Position numbers and translations under genes: made by a program. The notes below the pieces were generated by a model that was not told where the DNA came from, did no database searches, and saw nothing but the letters and a program-made list of their open reading frames with translations. 64,000 nt of DNA from Anolis carolinensis (Eukaryota), in assembly GCF_035594765.1 (NCBI RefSeq), contig NC_085841.1, forward strand, positions 57,395,636-57,459,635, given 5' to 3'. Each line of letters starts with the position of its first letter. The stretch's first letter is position 1. Below are positions 12,107-26,354 of this stretch, piece by piece.

Positions 12107-14679
12107 ATCTAGAATGTAACATTAATGCAGTTTGACACCTCCTGAATTATCATGACCAAATACTATGGAATCCTAGTTTGGTGAGGCATCAGTACTCTTT
12201 GGCAGCAAAAGCTCCCAGGATTCAACAGCATTGAGCCACAGCCAATAAAGTGATATCAAACTACATTGATTTTACAATATAGATGCACCCTGGATACATG
12301 ATATGAAAGCTGAATGCCAGTCCTGATGTTGCTCTTGCATTTGGTATTCTGATGTTTCTGAAACCAAATCCACAGCCATGACTACCTGATCTAGTAGTTA
12401 TACCCACACATGGAGGTCATGAGTCCCATTCATTTAGAACAAGCTAATTCTGAAGAACAATGGCAAAACATTGGGCTAAAATTTACAAAATTTAAGAATA
12501 CAAATACAAATACAACCTATAACAAAACATCATATTGAAATGTTTGTGTACAGGACCCTCCTCCAGGACATTCCCTTTCTGTCTCTCTGAGGCTCAATTT
12601 TTCATCCATTTCTTCACTTCTCATAAGTGTGTGTGTGTGTAATCCAGAGAACTTTTGCACATTGACAAACTATCATGACCCCAATATTTGCTGACACTTA
12701 TGTGTGCATATATGTGTACATGCTCTGCATTGCTCTATAAACAATGGATTTCATGTATGCCTACTGTAAATGGAAAAAGCAGTTGGTGGGGTGATTCTAT
12801 ATGCAAATATAAGTCCTATTTAGTTTATCAGGGCTTATTTCAGAACAAATTTGTACAGGATTGTGGAGGAAAGTTGATTCACAGTCCAACCACATTCCTC
12901 ATCTGAGACATTCAGCATGAAGTGTGACTTGCAGGTATTGCCTGAACATCAAACATAGCCAACTCTTTCATGTCACCTTGCGGCACTTCCAGGGCAACCT
13001 TCTCAGCAGCCAAATGGTCAGTTCAGCATTCAACAGACAGAAAATCGGCTGACAGAAAAGCAAGAGTGAACTGGTCCTTAAGCTGGGTGTGCAAGTGGAA
13101 TAGACCATGCAGTTGAGGGCCTTGAATTATTGTTGTTGTGGGCCTTCAAGTCTTTTCAAACTTATGATAACCCTAAGGCAATCCATCACAAAGGTTTTTT
13201 GGGCACAATTTCTTCAGAGAGGATTTGCCATTGCCTTCCTCTAACACCAAGAGAGTGTGATTTGCCAAAGGTCACTCAATAGTTGCAATGAAAACTATAG
13301 TTAAAAGCCAGGGACCCATCAATGGTGGGCAGGAGGCACAATTACATTATGAATGTTAATAACTGAAAATAAAGTTTCATCCCTATATTATACAAGTGAG
13401 CATGTGGTGCCACCTAGCGATCAATGTTTTATATTAGTCTCCCAAGATACATCATAAAATGAACAAAGCTCATAAATAAATGAGGAAGAAGCTGATGATG
13501 TAACACTATCCTTTACAAATTGCTGATCATGCTGATTTGAAGCCACCTGGTTATAACAGCCAGGGTTGCAAGAACTGCATGCAGCTCCTTTCATATAATA
13601 AACCAACATGCTCATTAGCTGTCTCAATGGCCGATGGAATTGAATAATAGAATTATAGAATAGGTATTAAGATATCAAGTAAAATCCACAAAATATGTTA
13701 AGCACCTCGGATAGCACTTTTAAGGCAGAACAAAAACCATTCATTGCCCTTGTGGCATAGAAGCCTCCAGTGGTCTAGCTTTTACTGCCTCTCCTCAATT
13801 ATTAATGTCCTTATGAGGCCAAATCTGTACAAACCCAGGGATTCAACTTCAGAAAGGCAGATTGGTCTAAATTCTCAGACATGTTTGATAGCAAGATCAT
13901 ATCGGTCACCTCAGTCCCTGAGGAATACAAGCGCTTTATCAAGATAGTAAAGCCCTGCTCACTGGCTTCTATACTGAGAGGCTGCAGAACACGCTACCTT
14001 CAGGGCTTGCCTACTGCTTGAAGTAGATCTTTGGATTCTGTGGGGAATTGTACAATAGTTTTAGTATCCCTCACCATGCTACAAATGGTAGAATGTCAGA
14101 GGCAAGAATCATGGCAGTAGTACCAAACTGCTGATGGCAATCACTTAAGAATGCTTTCAGAACTCCTAGGCCAGCCTTCACCAGCCTCATGTTATCCAGA
14201 TGAGTTGCTATCAGATAAGAGGCATTACAGGGCAATTAGCAGCATACAAGCTTTTCACACTCATTATCAATTAATGCTAATTAATCATTGAACAATTGTA
14301 AACCTTCTAAGCCTAAAACAAATACTTTCAAAATTTCCACTGCTGTTTACAACTGTATAACTTAAATGAATCTAAACAACAAGCAAAAAACTCCAAGGTA
14401 TAAGAGGAGCATTTAAAAAAAGTTGTGTGGTTGCATCAATGTGTGCTGACGTCTACCTGAAAACAAAGACTTGGTTAAATATTTGACTACTTTAATCAGA
14501 TTCTTGCATATTTGCAAGAGGTCTAGCTATCATCACACAATAGTATTGTTCACTCCTGTTTTTCTACATGTGCTGTGCAGAGGTTGTTGTGAAATTTTCC
14601 AAACATATTGGATGGAAAATGTGCAAATTAGAGTAAAAAAAAAAACCCAAAAGACCATAATCATGCTTATGCAATAAAC

Positions 14680-14814
14680 CAGTGGTTCTCAACCTGGAGT
14701 CCCCAGATGTTTTTGGCCTACAAATCCCAAAAATCCCAGCCATTTTACCAGCTGTTAGGATTTTTGGGAGTTGAAGGCCAAAACATCTGGGGACCCACAG
14801 GTTGAGAACCACAG
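14680..14814. mobile_element. Palindromic hAT MITE, same family
   Basis: TSD CAATAAAC/TACTAAAC. Confidence 0.88.
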
Positions 14815-15987
14815 TACTAAACACATGGTTGCACTTGTAAATGCTGTGTATGTGTATGTCCTAAAATTAAAAGAAATTACATATACCTCAACTGGGCCAA
14901 TTTTGATCTCTTCTTCTTAGCAGTATCATTTTGAGGCACATGTAAACACTCTCACTCCTCCCTTCTCTTTCTTTACCTACAGGATTTTCTTGCATGGGGA
15001 AAGCAAACTGGCCTTGTAGCTAGACTATCATCTTTGGTGATGGTTCATGTCACATGGAGTTGTGCACATCCAACTACTCATCTGCCTCTTCCCCATGATA
15101 GTTCCATCCCCTCACTATTGACAAGTAATGGGTAAAGCCTATCTATAGCTCACAGTCCTCCAACTTTTCTGTCACCGACCTTCGTGAGATGGGTCAGTAT
15201 TGCTTTTGCGCTGGCATGTCTGCAGTAAAGTGACATCATAGGGCAGGAATCTCCTCCTCTTCCCACTCATCACTATTACGAACCCATTCACTTTCCATTT
15301 TATCTTAACTTTATAATTCTATTTTCCCTTTTAAAAATGGCTAAATTGCTATGAAATACAAATAAAAATAACATGGAATAGTAGGAAGGCAGGGATGCAA
15401 GGGTATGTAAATGTACAACTGTAGGACCATGAATTATTGAATCAGTGCAATTTCACAACTGAAAAGAGGTGCAATATTGGAGGTGCTCAACCTGGTATGT
15501 ATCCATTGTCAATAACAGCAGAAGAGGTGATAAAAGGGAAAGAATGTTTCTGCTATATAGTTAGAATTAATCGAACTGAACGGAAGTATGAAGAACGGAA
15601 GTCAAGAACTTTTCTTTTGTTTTTCCCACCCCTCCCTTTTTTCTTTTCTTTTTTTCTTTTCTTTTCTTGTTGTTGCCCTCCTTCCTTCCCCCTTCCCTTT
15701 GTCCTACCCTTAAATTCCATGTTCTGTTTATTATTGTAACTTTTGAAATCCTTTTAATAAAAATATTTATTTAAAAAATGATAACAGTAGAATTCAACAC
15801 ACACAGTCTACACCTGCCATTGAATCAGTTCAGGTTATATGTGAGTGAATTGTATTTTGAATATTTTCTCATGCACACATACACAGCTGGACTGAAAAAA
15901 ACACAAAAATATTTATGTAGAAAAAAGTTTACCTTTGTTTTCTTTTAATAATTTTTACGTATGTTTAGGGACTGGGGAACTGGGGAA

Positions 15988-17680
15988 CCTAAACAAGCTG
16001 TGGTTAGGCCTATCCTGAAGAAGGCCTCTCTGGATTCGACCAACCTAGGCAATTACAGACCAATCTCTAACCTTCCATTTTTGGGCAAGGTCTTGGAGCG
16101 GGTGGTTGCCTCGCAGCTACAGGGATTCTTGGAGGATGCGGATTTTCTGGACCAATCACAGTCTGGCTTCAGGCCTGGGTTCAGTACCGAGATGGCTTTG
16201 GTCGCCTTGGTGGATGACCTCCGCAGGGAACTGGACAGGGGGAGTGTGACCCTGCTGGTTCTCTTGGACATCTCAGCGGCTTTCGATACCATCGACCATG
16301 GTATCCTTCTGGGACAGCTCTCTGGGATGGGCCTTGGGGGTACTGCACTCCAGTGGCTCCAGTCCTTCCTGGAGGGGCGTTCCCAGATGGTGAAGCTGGG
16401 GGACACCTGCTCGGACCCCTGGCCTTTGACCTGTGGGGCCCCGCAAGGTTCTATTTTGTCCCCCATGCTTTTTAACATCTACATGAAACCGCTGGGAGAG
16501 GTCATCCGGAGTTTTGGAGTGAGGTGCCATCTCTACGCGGATGACACCCAACTTTACTACTCTTTTCCACCTAAATCCAAGGAAGCCCCTCGGATTCTGA
16601 ACCAGTGCCTGGCCGCTGTGTTGGCCTGGATGAGGGTGAACAAGCTGAGACTTAATCCTGACAAGACAGAGGTCCTCCAAGTCAGTCGTATGTCTGATCA
16701 GGGTATTGGGTGGCAACCTGTGCTTGACAGGTTTGCACTCCCCCTGAAGTCTCAGGTCCGCAGCTTGGGGGTCCTCCTGGATTCGGGGCTGACGCTTGAG
16801 GCCCAGGTGTCGGCCGTGGCCGGGAGGGCCTTTGCACAATTAAAACTTGTGCGCCAGCTGCGACCATACCTCGAGAAGTCTGATCTGACTACGGTGGTCC
16901 ACGCCTTAGTTACCTCTAGACTGGATTATTGCAATGCGCTCTACGTGGGGCTGCCTTTGAAGACGGCCCGGAAATTGCAATTAGTTTAGCGCTCGGCAGC
17001 CAGGCTTTTAACAGGAGCAAACTAAAGGGCGCGTTCTACGCCTCTGTTTAAGGAGCTCCATTGGCTGCCGTTTGTTTTCCGGGCCCAATTCAAGGTGCAG
17101 GTTATCACCTACAAAGCCCTAAACGGTTTGGGACCCACCTACCTTAGAGACCGCATCTCCCCCTATGAACCTGAATGATCTCTTCACTCTTTTGGGGAGG
17201 CCCTCCTCTCGCTCCCACCACCTTCGCAGTTGCGACTGGTGGGGACGAGAGAGAGGGCCTTCTCCGCTGTGGCCCCCCGCCTCTGGAACTCACTCCCGAG
17301 GGAGATTAGACAGGCCCCCACCCTCCTTGCCTTTCGGAAAAGCCTTAAAACCTGGCTTTTCCAGAGGGCCTTCGACGACTAATTTTTGGGGGTTGATTTG
17401 TCTGCCCATTTAATTTAATTAGAGAGTGTTCTGCCATGATTATTGATACCTTGCTGAGTACTTCTGCCACGAAGCTACAGAAGCCCTCTATTTCGGCCTA
17501 GAACTGTTTTATCTCCTTGTTTTTAACATGTGATGTATGTATTGATTGTATGACTGCTTTTCATGTTTGATTTTACAATGTGTAATTTGTCACTGTTTTT
17601 ATTATTGTTGTGAGCCGCCCCGAGTCCCCTCGGGGAGATGGGGCGGGATATAAGAATACATTTATTATTATTATTATTAT
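15988..17680 (+). mobile_element. 5'-truncated L2-clade LINE with reverse transcriptase domain
   Basis: 342-aa ORF with YRPISNLPFLGK, QSGFRPG, LLDISAAFDT, GAPQGSILSP, YADD and LDYCNALYVGLP. Premature TAG at 16987. 3' (TTA)n tail. Confidence 0.93.
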
Positions 17681-18825
17681 AACTTGAGAAATGGAGGAGA
17701 AAAGAGGACTATAGCTCTGATTGCCTGCATAATTTTCTCTCTGGAAAACTGGCAACTATAATACTGTAATATTTATGACCCGCATATATAAAATGACACA
17801 TTTTTAATGGACATTAGTAGTCTTCCTATTAATAAAACTTGTGTGCAAAATACAACACTGAGAAATTAATGGATTGTACAGCTATGTCACACAACTTCTG
17901 GTAAATGGTTTAGGAGCATTTTGTTGCTACTTATTATAAACAATTCCATCTGAAAACCCAGCCAATCTCATGTAAATCATACACCTTACTTCCCCCATTC
18001 CTCTCTGCCCTCCTTTACACCTTTTTCCATCCTCTTTTTTCTAATGCCTGGTGAAAGTCAGTTTTCTTGGGTTCCCTGGTGGACTCCTACTGGTGTTTTC
18101 CATGTGATGAGATGCTGTGGTGGAGATCACTTGTCCCTTTCTTTTTTCACTGAACAGAAGCTCACCTGGGAAGAAGCTGTATATTCTTGACACTCTTGTT
18201 CAGGACTCAGTCTGAGTTCCATAATGTATTCTCAGGCAATGTGTCCAAAAACACTTCTATCACAGGGCAAAATTGATTCAAGAAACTCTTGGGGCAGGCA
18301 CAATAATTTCATTGTAGGTTTCTGTCAGGTTGGCACTAAGAGACTCTGAAATGCATGGCCCAGGAAGAAATAGGTTCTTCTGGGGTACTCAGCACATTTC
18401 TCTCCAGGGATCCCTGTGGTCTCTCCCAACTCTATGTTTCTATGAGATATGGGCTCAAATCTCCCCACTTGGTCATATAAATGCACTGAGAGAGCTTGGG
18501 TCAGCTGTATTCTTTTGGCCTCAAAGGACTGCAATGGCAAAGACAAATTTTGCCAAGAAAACCCCATGGCCACCCAAAGTTCGAAAATGATGTGCCAATT
18601 TGAACCACAACAACATTGAGACAGAAAAAGCTGTTTTCAAACATTAACATAATGAATCCTGTGTAGCCCAGTTATGTCATTTAAGAACAGTTTTGGTCTG
18701 AAACTTCTGCTGCTTACGAAGGCACATCAGAGATACTGGAATTCAATTACACAACAGCAAACTTTGGCCTTTAGAAAGTCGATAAGGAAACTTGAAATTC
18801 TAAACAAAGCTACGGTCTACGTGGT

Positions 18826-19700
18826 CATAGTCATAGAATCATAGAACTGGAAGGGGCCTTGTGAGTCATAAAGTTCAACTGCCTGTTCAGTGTAAAATCT
18901 CTAACTAAAATATCAGCAGCAGCCTCTTTTTGAAGACATTTAGGGGAAAAGACCCCATTGTAGGCAACTGATTCTGTGCTAAAGTAGTCCCACTGTCAAG
19001 AGGTTCTTTCTAATAGTTAAATGAAATCTACTCTCTTGTAACCTCAAACCATTAGACATGTTCCTATCTCTAATGCAGTAGAGAACAGCCCCTGTTCCCT
19101 CCTCTCTGTGAAAGCCCTTGAGGGATTTACAAACTACAGTCATGTCACCAGAGCCGGTCCAACAATGAGGCGAATTAAGCGGTCGCTTCGGGCGCAAAAC
19201 ATATGGGGGCACAGTCGAGACTGCTTTTTCTGTTGATTTGTTGTAAAACATGATGTTTTGGTGCTTAATTTGTAAAATCTTAATGTAATTTGATGTATAA
19301 TAGGCTTTTCCTTAATCCCTCCTTATTATCAAACATTTTTGCTTATCCAATGCTTTTATTTTTCAGTGATTGGTTTTTTTGGGGGGGGGGGGCACCAAAG
19401 TTCTGTTCGCCTACACTTGAAAAATACCTAGGACCGGCTCTGCATGTCACCCCTCAATCTCTCTTCATCAAACTGAACGTGCCTAGCTTCTTCCACCTTC
19501 CTTCATATGTTTTGTTCTCCATACCTCTGATCATCCTTCCTCCCTTCTTGGAACCTATCCATATCCTTCATAAAATGTGGTATTCAGAACTGAATGCAGT
19601 ACTCCAGGTGAGACTTGACTGGGGAGGGAACGTAGGGAATATAGGGTTACCATTACTTCCTTTGTCCTGAAAACTATGCTTCTATTAATGCAAGCTAAAA
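18826..19700 (-). mobile_element. CR1 3' fragment interrupted by a hAT element at 19149-19442
   Basis: catagtcatagaatcatagaa tail; GLRLQESRFHLTIRKNLLTV. Confidence 0.75.
19149..19442. mobile_element. Chimeric hAT element carrying a Tc1/mariner MITE fragment
   Basis: TIR CAGAGCCGGTCC/GGACCGGCTCTG; perfect TSD CATGTCAC. Confidence 0.88.
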
Positions 19701-21958
19701 TAGCACTAACCCCATAAATCTAGGGCTTTCTGAGCTTTTTTAATAGGTTTGGTTGCATCTCGAGATGGCTGTCCAAGGGTATTAGAGAAATCCTTTGGGG
19801 ATTAAAACTATCAAGGGCTACCAGTTATCCTGAGTTCCTGATTAGTGACAGTATGTCTCTTAATATATTGGTTGTTTGGGAGCATTAGTTGGATACTGGT
19901 TTTGAGTTCCCAGCCTTGCTACCCATTGGGATCTGACCCCTACAGAGTCTTGTCACTACTCTTCATCATAAGGTGTTTCCTGGGTGGGATGGGGCTGGAT
20001 GTGTCATCCCTCAATGACATGCTCACCAACACTATAAAAGGTCATCCTTAAGTATGACCATCTGGATTTTAAGGCAGGTTTTGGGGGCATTAAACATTGC
20101 AGCAATGGTTTCACAATTGCAAATGTGAATACCAAATAGTTAAGAGATTGTAAGCCTAATATATAACATTGTTCTCAATGCCTAATAGGATGATAGCCAA
20201 CATGCATGTGTGTGAGAGAAAGAAAAACTCATGGGGGGCATGTGTGTGTGTGTGTGTGTGTTGCACTCTTTCCATGATTTTAACGCAAAACCCCAAGTGT
20301 ATTTCTTCATAGCATTATTTTATGAAGCACTGTGGGATATATCAATATTGTGCAAGAACTGCACAGAAATATTCATTTTTTTCATGCAGTGAGGGCAAAA
20401 CCATGGAAATTATTTGTCTTTGCTTATTGGGATGAAATAATTATACAGTTTTAGCTGAAAGACTTCATATCAGATATTAAGAGTGGTGGCTAGGAACATA
20501 GTTCTAATATTGCGATTCTCAAAAGTTTTCAGGGTCCACCCTTGGTTATAGGTTGAAATATTTAGAGCTATATTGGAAGACTACAAGGGCAATCCATTTC
20601 AACCCCTTGGCTTGCAGGAATATATAGATCAAGCACTCCATAGAAATCTGAGATTAAATCTGACAGAAAGAATAAGGAAAGAGGGGCTGAAAACATTTTC
20701 AATCATTCTTTACATATTATATATCAAAAAGGCTAAGGCAATGTTATTATCACACTTTTTCTGTTTCTAGTATCTTATTTCATTATTGGGGTGAATCCTC
20801 AATTTATCCATGGGTCATATCAAAATCCACACTTTTGGCCCCAAAACCTGCACTCAACCTATACATGAGGTTGACTTATACTTGACTATATATGGTAATT
20901 GATCCTTAAAACATAGCCATAATCAATTTGTTTCTTTCAAATTCAAATGAGGGGAATTGTGCAAAATTAAAATTGAGTTTAATTTGCTTCCATATCATAC
21001 AGGTTTGGACATCATTTAGTCAGGGTTGCCCAAAGAACGGGAAACAACAGGCAGGAAAATAAAAACTGTATCGACATAAAGTGAAAAACAAAGTCAGTTC
21101 TTGATGGAAAATCCAGAAGAGTTAAAAATTAAGCTTCAGTTTAAGTCCTTACAAATAACTCTAGGTTCCATCTGAAATTAGGTTGGCAATTCTTCAGTTA
21201 TGGGCTCAGACTAATTTAAGTCTTGGGAAATCCCCTCAATCTGATAGCTAAAAGCTTTAGATAACAGCTGGATGACACAAATGCTTATAAAAAGGCAGAT
21301 AAACTCTTGTTCATATTTTCATTTTGGCTAAAATTGGTGCAGGGAGATTCCTTGCTCTCTATCTTCATTTTTTTTGAGGGGGGGGGGATGACACTGTGAC
21401 CCTTCCCCTCCCTGAAAGTTTCACAAGGTAAGATTCACCAACTCCTAGAGATAGTTTTAGTTGAGGCCTGGGGTACATTCACACTACATAATTATAGTAT
21501 TATTATTCTACTTTGATTGGTTTATTCCTTTCTATGGAAATTAGGAATTAAAAGTCTAATGAGAGGCATTTAGAATTTGTAGCCCGAGCACTTCAATGCC
21601 CTACTAAATTACAAAACACAGGATTTCTTAGGACACAACAATGGCAGTTAAGTGGAATAACAATGCTATGATTCAGCACTGGTGATGGGCCTCTAGATAA
21701 ATCTCATAATTTTTCTTCCACTCAATGCCCTTGAACTTCTATTCACAAGTTCTAGTTCCCTTGAAAACTGATTCCAATTTCCCTTTGGAAGAATAGAATT
21801 GGGGAGGCCCAAAATTAGCATCACATGTGTCTGATGGATCTCCAGTCGTGGGATGGACGACATATCTTTCCTTGAAGTAAATTACATGAATTACTGTGTT
21901 TTAATCGTGGATAACCCCACATGATATAACTGTTTGAATACTGGACTAGGACTCCAGG

Positions 21959-22286
21959 CAGAGCTGGCCCTAGGTATTTTTCAAGTGTAGGCGAACAGAA
22001 TTTTGGCGCCCCCCCCCAAACCAATCACTGAAAAATAAAAGTGTTGGATAAGCGAAAATGTTTGATAATAAGGAAGGATTAAGGAAAAGCCTATTAAACA
22101 TCAAATTAGATTAAGATTTTACAAATAAAGCATTAAAACATCATGTTTTACAACAAATCAACAGAAAAAGCAGTTCAATACCTTGCGGAGGCAGGCCGCA
22201 GGAGACAGGAGTTGCCTCGATGGCGCTTCCAACAAGATGGTGCCACAGGCAACTGCCTAGTTGGCCTGGTGGTTGAACTGCCTCTG
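21959..22286. mobile_element. Related chimeric hAT element, opposite orientation
   Basis: Perfect TSD ACTCCAGG; shares one end and the cargo with 19149-19442. Confidence 0.85.
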
Positions 22287-22668
22287 ACTCCAGGGTGCAT
22301 ATATGTTGTAGAATGAATGCAGTTTGACACCACTTTAACTGCCATGACTCAGTGCTATGGAATCCTGGATCTTGTTGTTTGGTGAGGCACCAGCATTCTT
22401 TGCAGAAAAGGCTAATGGACTTTAAGAACTATAACTTTCATGATTTCATAGCACAGAGCCATGGCACGATGTCAAAGCACTCAATGGCAGAGAAGACTAA
22501 AAAGAGAATGCCTCTTTAGGAATTTCCATGTCCTCCAGGGTGACTCATGGCATAATGAGACCAGAAGTGAGGTGATTTAATAACCTTCACTGCTACCTGC
22601 GGATTCACATAACCATGGTCCAGCCAGAAACAAATCCCCCATGGATACAGGAGTATTACTGTATAGGG

Positions 22669-22803
22669 CAGTGGTTCTCAACCTGTGAGTCCCCAGGTGT
22701 TTTGGCCTACAACTCCCAGAAATCCCAGTCAGTTTACCAGTTGTTAAGATTTCTGGGAGTTGAAGGCCAAAACACCTGGGCACTTACAAGCTGAGAACCA
22801 CTG
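22669..22803. mobile_element. Palindromic hAT MITE, same family
   Basis: TSD GTATAGGG/GTACAGGG. Confidence 0.88.
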
Positions 22804-23086
22804 GTACAGGGTATACAGAGTTGTTGCATCCAAATGAACACATAAAAATTAACTATCGAGCTACATTCTTGAACTGAATCACATCAGCTTAGACTAGAAT
22901 AAATACTTGTTGCAAAAGGTGTCTGGTTCAGTCTTCAGCATCTTTAACTACAACTGAGAAAAACTACTATCTCAATTTCTGGGGCATCAGACATGATCAG
23001 AGCTGGTAATAAAGACTGGATGGGCCAAGATAACTTCTTATATACCAGTAGTCATATTTGCAATAGACTGAAATTTAGTTTACTGT

Positions 23087-23406
23087 GGAGCCCCTAGTGG
23101 TGCAGTGGATTAAACCGCTGAGCTGCTGAACTTCTGACCTAAAGGTCAGTCGTTCAAATCTGGGGAGTGGGGTGAACTCCTGCTGTTAGCCCCAGCTTCT
23201 GCCAACCTAGCAGTTCGAAAACATGCCAATGTGAGTAGATCAATAGGTACCACTCATGCGGGAAGGTAATGGCACTCCATGCAGTCATGCCGGCCACATG
23301 ACCTTGGAGGCGTCTATGGACAATGCCAGCTCTTTGGCTTAGAAATGGAGATGAGTACCAATCCTCAGAGTCAGACACGACTGGACCTAATGTCAGGGAA
23401 AACCTT
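23087..23406 (+). mobile_element. Sauria SINE
   Basis: tRNA-derived head (GGTGCAGTGG A box, GTTCAAATC B box), Bov-B-related tail, TSD TTAGTTTACTGT/TTAGTTTACCGT. Confidence 0.9.
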
Positions 23407-24089
23407 AGTTTACCGTGGAACATTTTGTTCAGCATTCAAAGTCTATTTAATAGGAAAGCTGTTAAGAAATAAAGTCATGTAATGCAAAACTTCAGGTTGG
23501 TGAGCAAAGGGAGGCAGGGAGGAAGTCATACTTTCCTGGAAAGTATTACACTATTGCTGTGTCTGACATATAGGAAGGTGAGCATAAGGCTGGACACAGT
23601 CTATGATTACTGTTACATTATCATGGGGCATATTTGTTGTTGCAAAAACTGTTTTAAAAAGTATTTCTGGTAAGAGCAAAGTTAAAAATTACAATATAGC
23701 TTGTTGGGAAACAACTGCAGAACTACCACTAAGAAGATAGAAGGGTGAAGATTGGGAAGTTGCATCAAATCTGACATACCAATTATGGACTGTCATAAAT
23801 ATTGTTCATTCAAAAAAAAAAGGAGTGGAACTGTATGTAAAGAAGACATATGTTTTATCTATTGGATAAGCAGAATGTGTTCAACTGATTCTGCTTATCC
23901 AAGAATGAACTCCACTGAGAAAATAGTCATAGATATAAATTAAAATCAATTTCTGAATGTATGAATGCTACCAATTAAGATTATAACTTGAACCGTAAGT
24001 CATCAGATTTTAAGTTAAATTCTTATTTTTATTCATTGCATCTTACTTACATTTAGAATATGGCTTGAAATCAGATTGACCCTATAGAC

Positions 24090-24581
24090 CAGGGATGTCA
24101 AATTCATTTTTATCAAGGGCCACATCAACCTTATGATTGCTTTCAAAGGGCTGTTGAATGGATAGATGGAGCATTCACGGATACAGATGGCCAACTATAC
24201 TTGTTTTACATAGTGATTGGTGCCCTTTAGTTTTTACCCAGTTTGGGTCCCCATGTGTTATTGAATGACAGCTCCCATCATTTTTGATTATCTGCTATGG
24301 GGACTGTGGATAATGAGAATTGCCACCCAACAGCACTTGTGGCTCTGAGGTTGGGGAAAGATTAAAGGACATTTTAAAGTCAGACATCATATGCACAAGC
24401 CTTGTATCTATTCCAATCCCCACTATTTTGACTAAACAGAACAAACTGCGGCATTCCAGATGTTACTGTATCACAACTCCCATCAGCTGTAGTCATGATG
24501 TCTAATGATGAGGAATGCAGGAGTTGTAATCCTGCATGGCAGTCTGCATTCAGCCCGTAGGCCTTGAATTTGACACATGCG
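24090..24581. mobile_element. Older hAT/Charlie-like non-autonomous element
   Basis: CAGGGATGTCAAA...TTTGACACATGCG ends; colinear with 53292-53808. Confidence 0.7.
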
Positions 24582-26354
24582 CTGTAGGTATAGTGAACTG
24601 CAACTTACAGTATTCTGTACCAGCTTCAGAATTTCTCCTTTGAGCAGGTCAATAGTTGAACATCATTTCAGCTTGAGTCCAACTGCATCATTTGCCAAAG
24701 CATTACTTGTAGTGATCTTCTGCTATATCCCAGTACCTTGTTGAGTGGCACCCGACCTGTGAGTTTCATCTTCTGGGACTATCTGTTGTTTCATTTTGGA
24801 TTATTTCATCATAGGCTTTTCATGGTAAAAGAGTTTGCCTCCTTTTGAGCAGTACTGGCAAGTGTCAGCTATGGTGCCAGCGCCAATATCCATCAGAGAT
24901 CTTTTGCCAGTGTCACTTTCTAATACTGCTGCAGTCCAGTAGCTGTTTGCCACTTTTTAATCTGAAATCATACACACTACACAATGATAGCACTACTATC
25001 TCACTTCCAAGGCTGCATCCTACGGAATCCCAAGATTTATTGTTTGATGAGACAGCAGACATCTCTGACAAATAATTCTAGGTATCTCTCTGCATACAGG
25101 TATCCTGTATGTCCCAGGATGGAACGACCATAGTTAAAGTGGAACCACAGTGCTATATTTGTGCAGTATAAAAGGGCCAGAGGCATTTTATCCTGTCTCA
25201 TTCACAGCATTTTGGAGAAGTCCAAGAGGCATCATGTTCCACTCGTAGTTTTTTTTGTTTTTTGCTACCCAGTCTCCTATCTTTGTGGAAAATCCATTGA
25301 GCAGGAAATTATGGAAATGCTACACAATATCTTTGGACTGATTTTCTGTCATTGCCCATTCTCTTTTCCATTGTTTGATATTTTATAGTAAAATAGCTCA
25401 CGGCCAAATACTTTGTAGGTTTTGAAATGATAAATGTAGGAGCATGGATCTTTTATGAACTTTGCCAAACAGAGCATAAGAAAATACATTTCTACCTAAC
25501 CTAATGGGCTTCGAAGGGATGGATAGCTTAGGATGCAGTTAAGCATCTCAATGTACTGTAAAGCTGCCTGGATGAGCAAGAAAAAACTGAACTCTTTGCT
25601 GTTGGAAAGATGGATTTAACCTAGAAAATGGCTCTTGATGGAAAGTTCCCTTAGTGTTAAGTCATTTTATGTCAATCCCAATAAATCCAACATGGAATAG
25701 GAACCAACTTCAACCTCAGCTCACAGTTCTGATGACTAATTCCACACTCCATTTGAATCCACTGCTATTAAAGACAAAAAAGGAGAGTAGTTGTTTGCTG
25801 CTTTGTAGAGTATTTAAAACAATCATGGGAAATCAACATTTATTATATACAATAACATAAAAGCCTATAACAATGGCAGAGCAACACATGAAGAAGAAGT
25901 CACCAAGAGTTTCCTGTCTTGTGTCCAGATTAGGCCTCAATTCTGTATGGTCCAACATAGCATAGTAGTCCCACATATAAAACTATGGTACAGCTGGATA
26001 TTCCCTGACCACAGAACTGATCATAAGCTGATCCATACTTTGGGGCTGATCTGGTGTGGATTGATCTTAGGGATGGTCCACACAAGGAGTCCTCCAGCTG
26101 CTATGGATGTGGATGAAGTCCTCACTGCCCAATAGTGCTAAACTGTTTCTATCCGTCCAACAGCACTTGACGTCGCAGTGATCTCCAGACACAACACATG
26201 TCCTACCTGTCAGCAATTGCCTACAATGACATTGGCTTGGACAACAGGGAACTGAGGGAAGGGGTGGGGGAGGAATCCCCTTCTCCTCCCCCTCCTTTCC
26301 CAGAGTGTCCCAGCTGATGTCACTGCAGGTGACGGCCAAGACGTAGGGGAGGTG

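Noticed and set aside
15961-16989. 342-aa RT ORF as a host gene, retron or group II intron
   Set aside because: Motifs, 5' truncation, premature stop and microsatellite tail identify an ordinary L2 LINE copy.
23087-23170. tRNA genes
   Set aside because: The A/B boxes are SINE heads continuing into SINE bodies; no cloverleaf.
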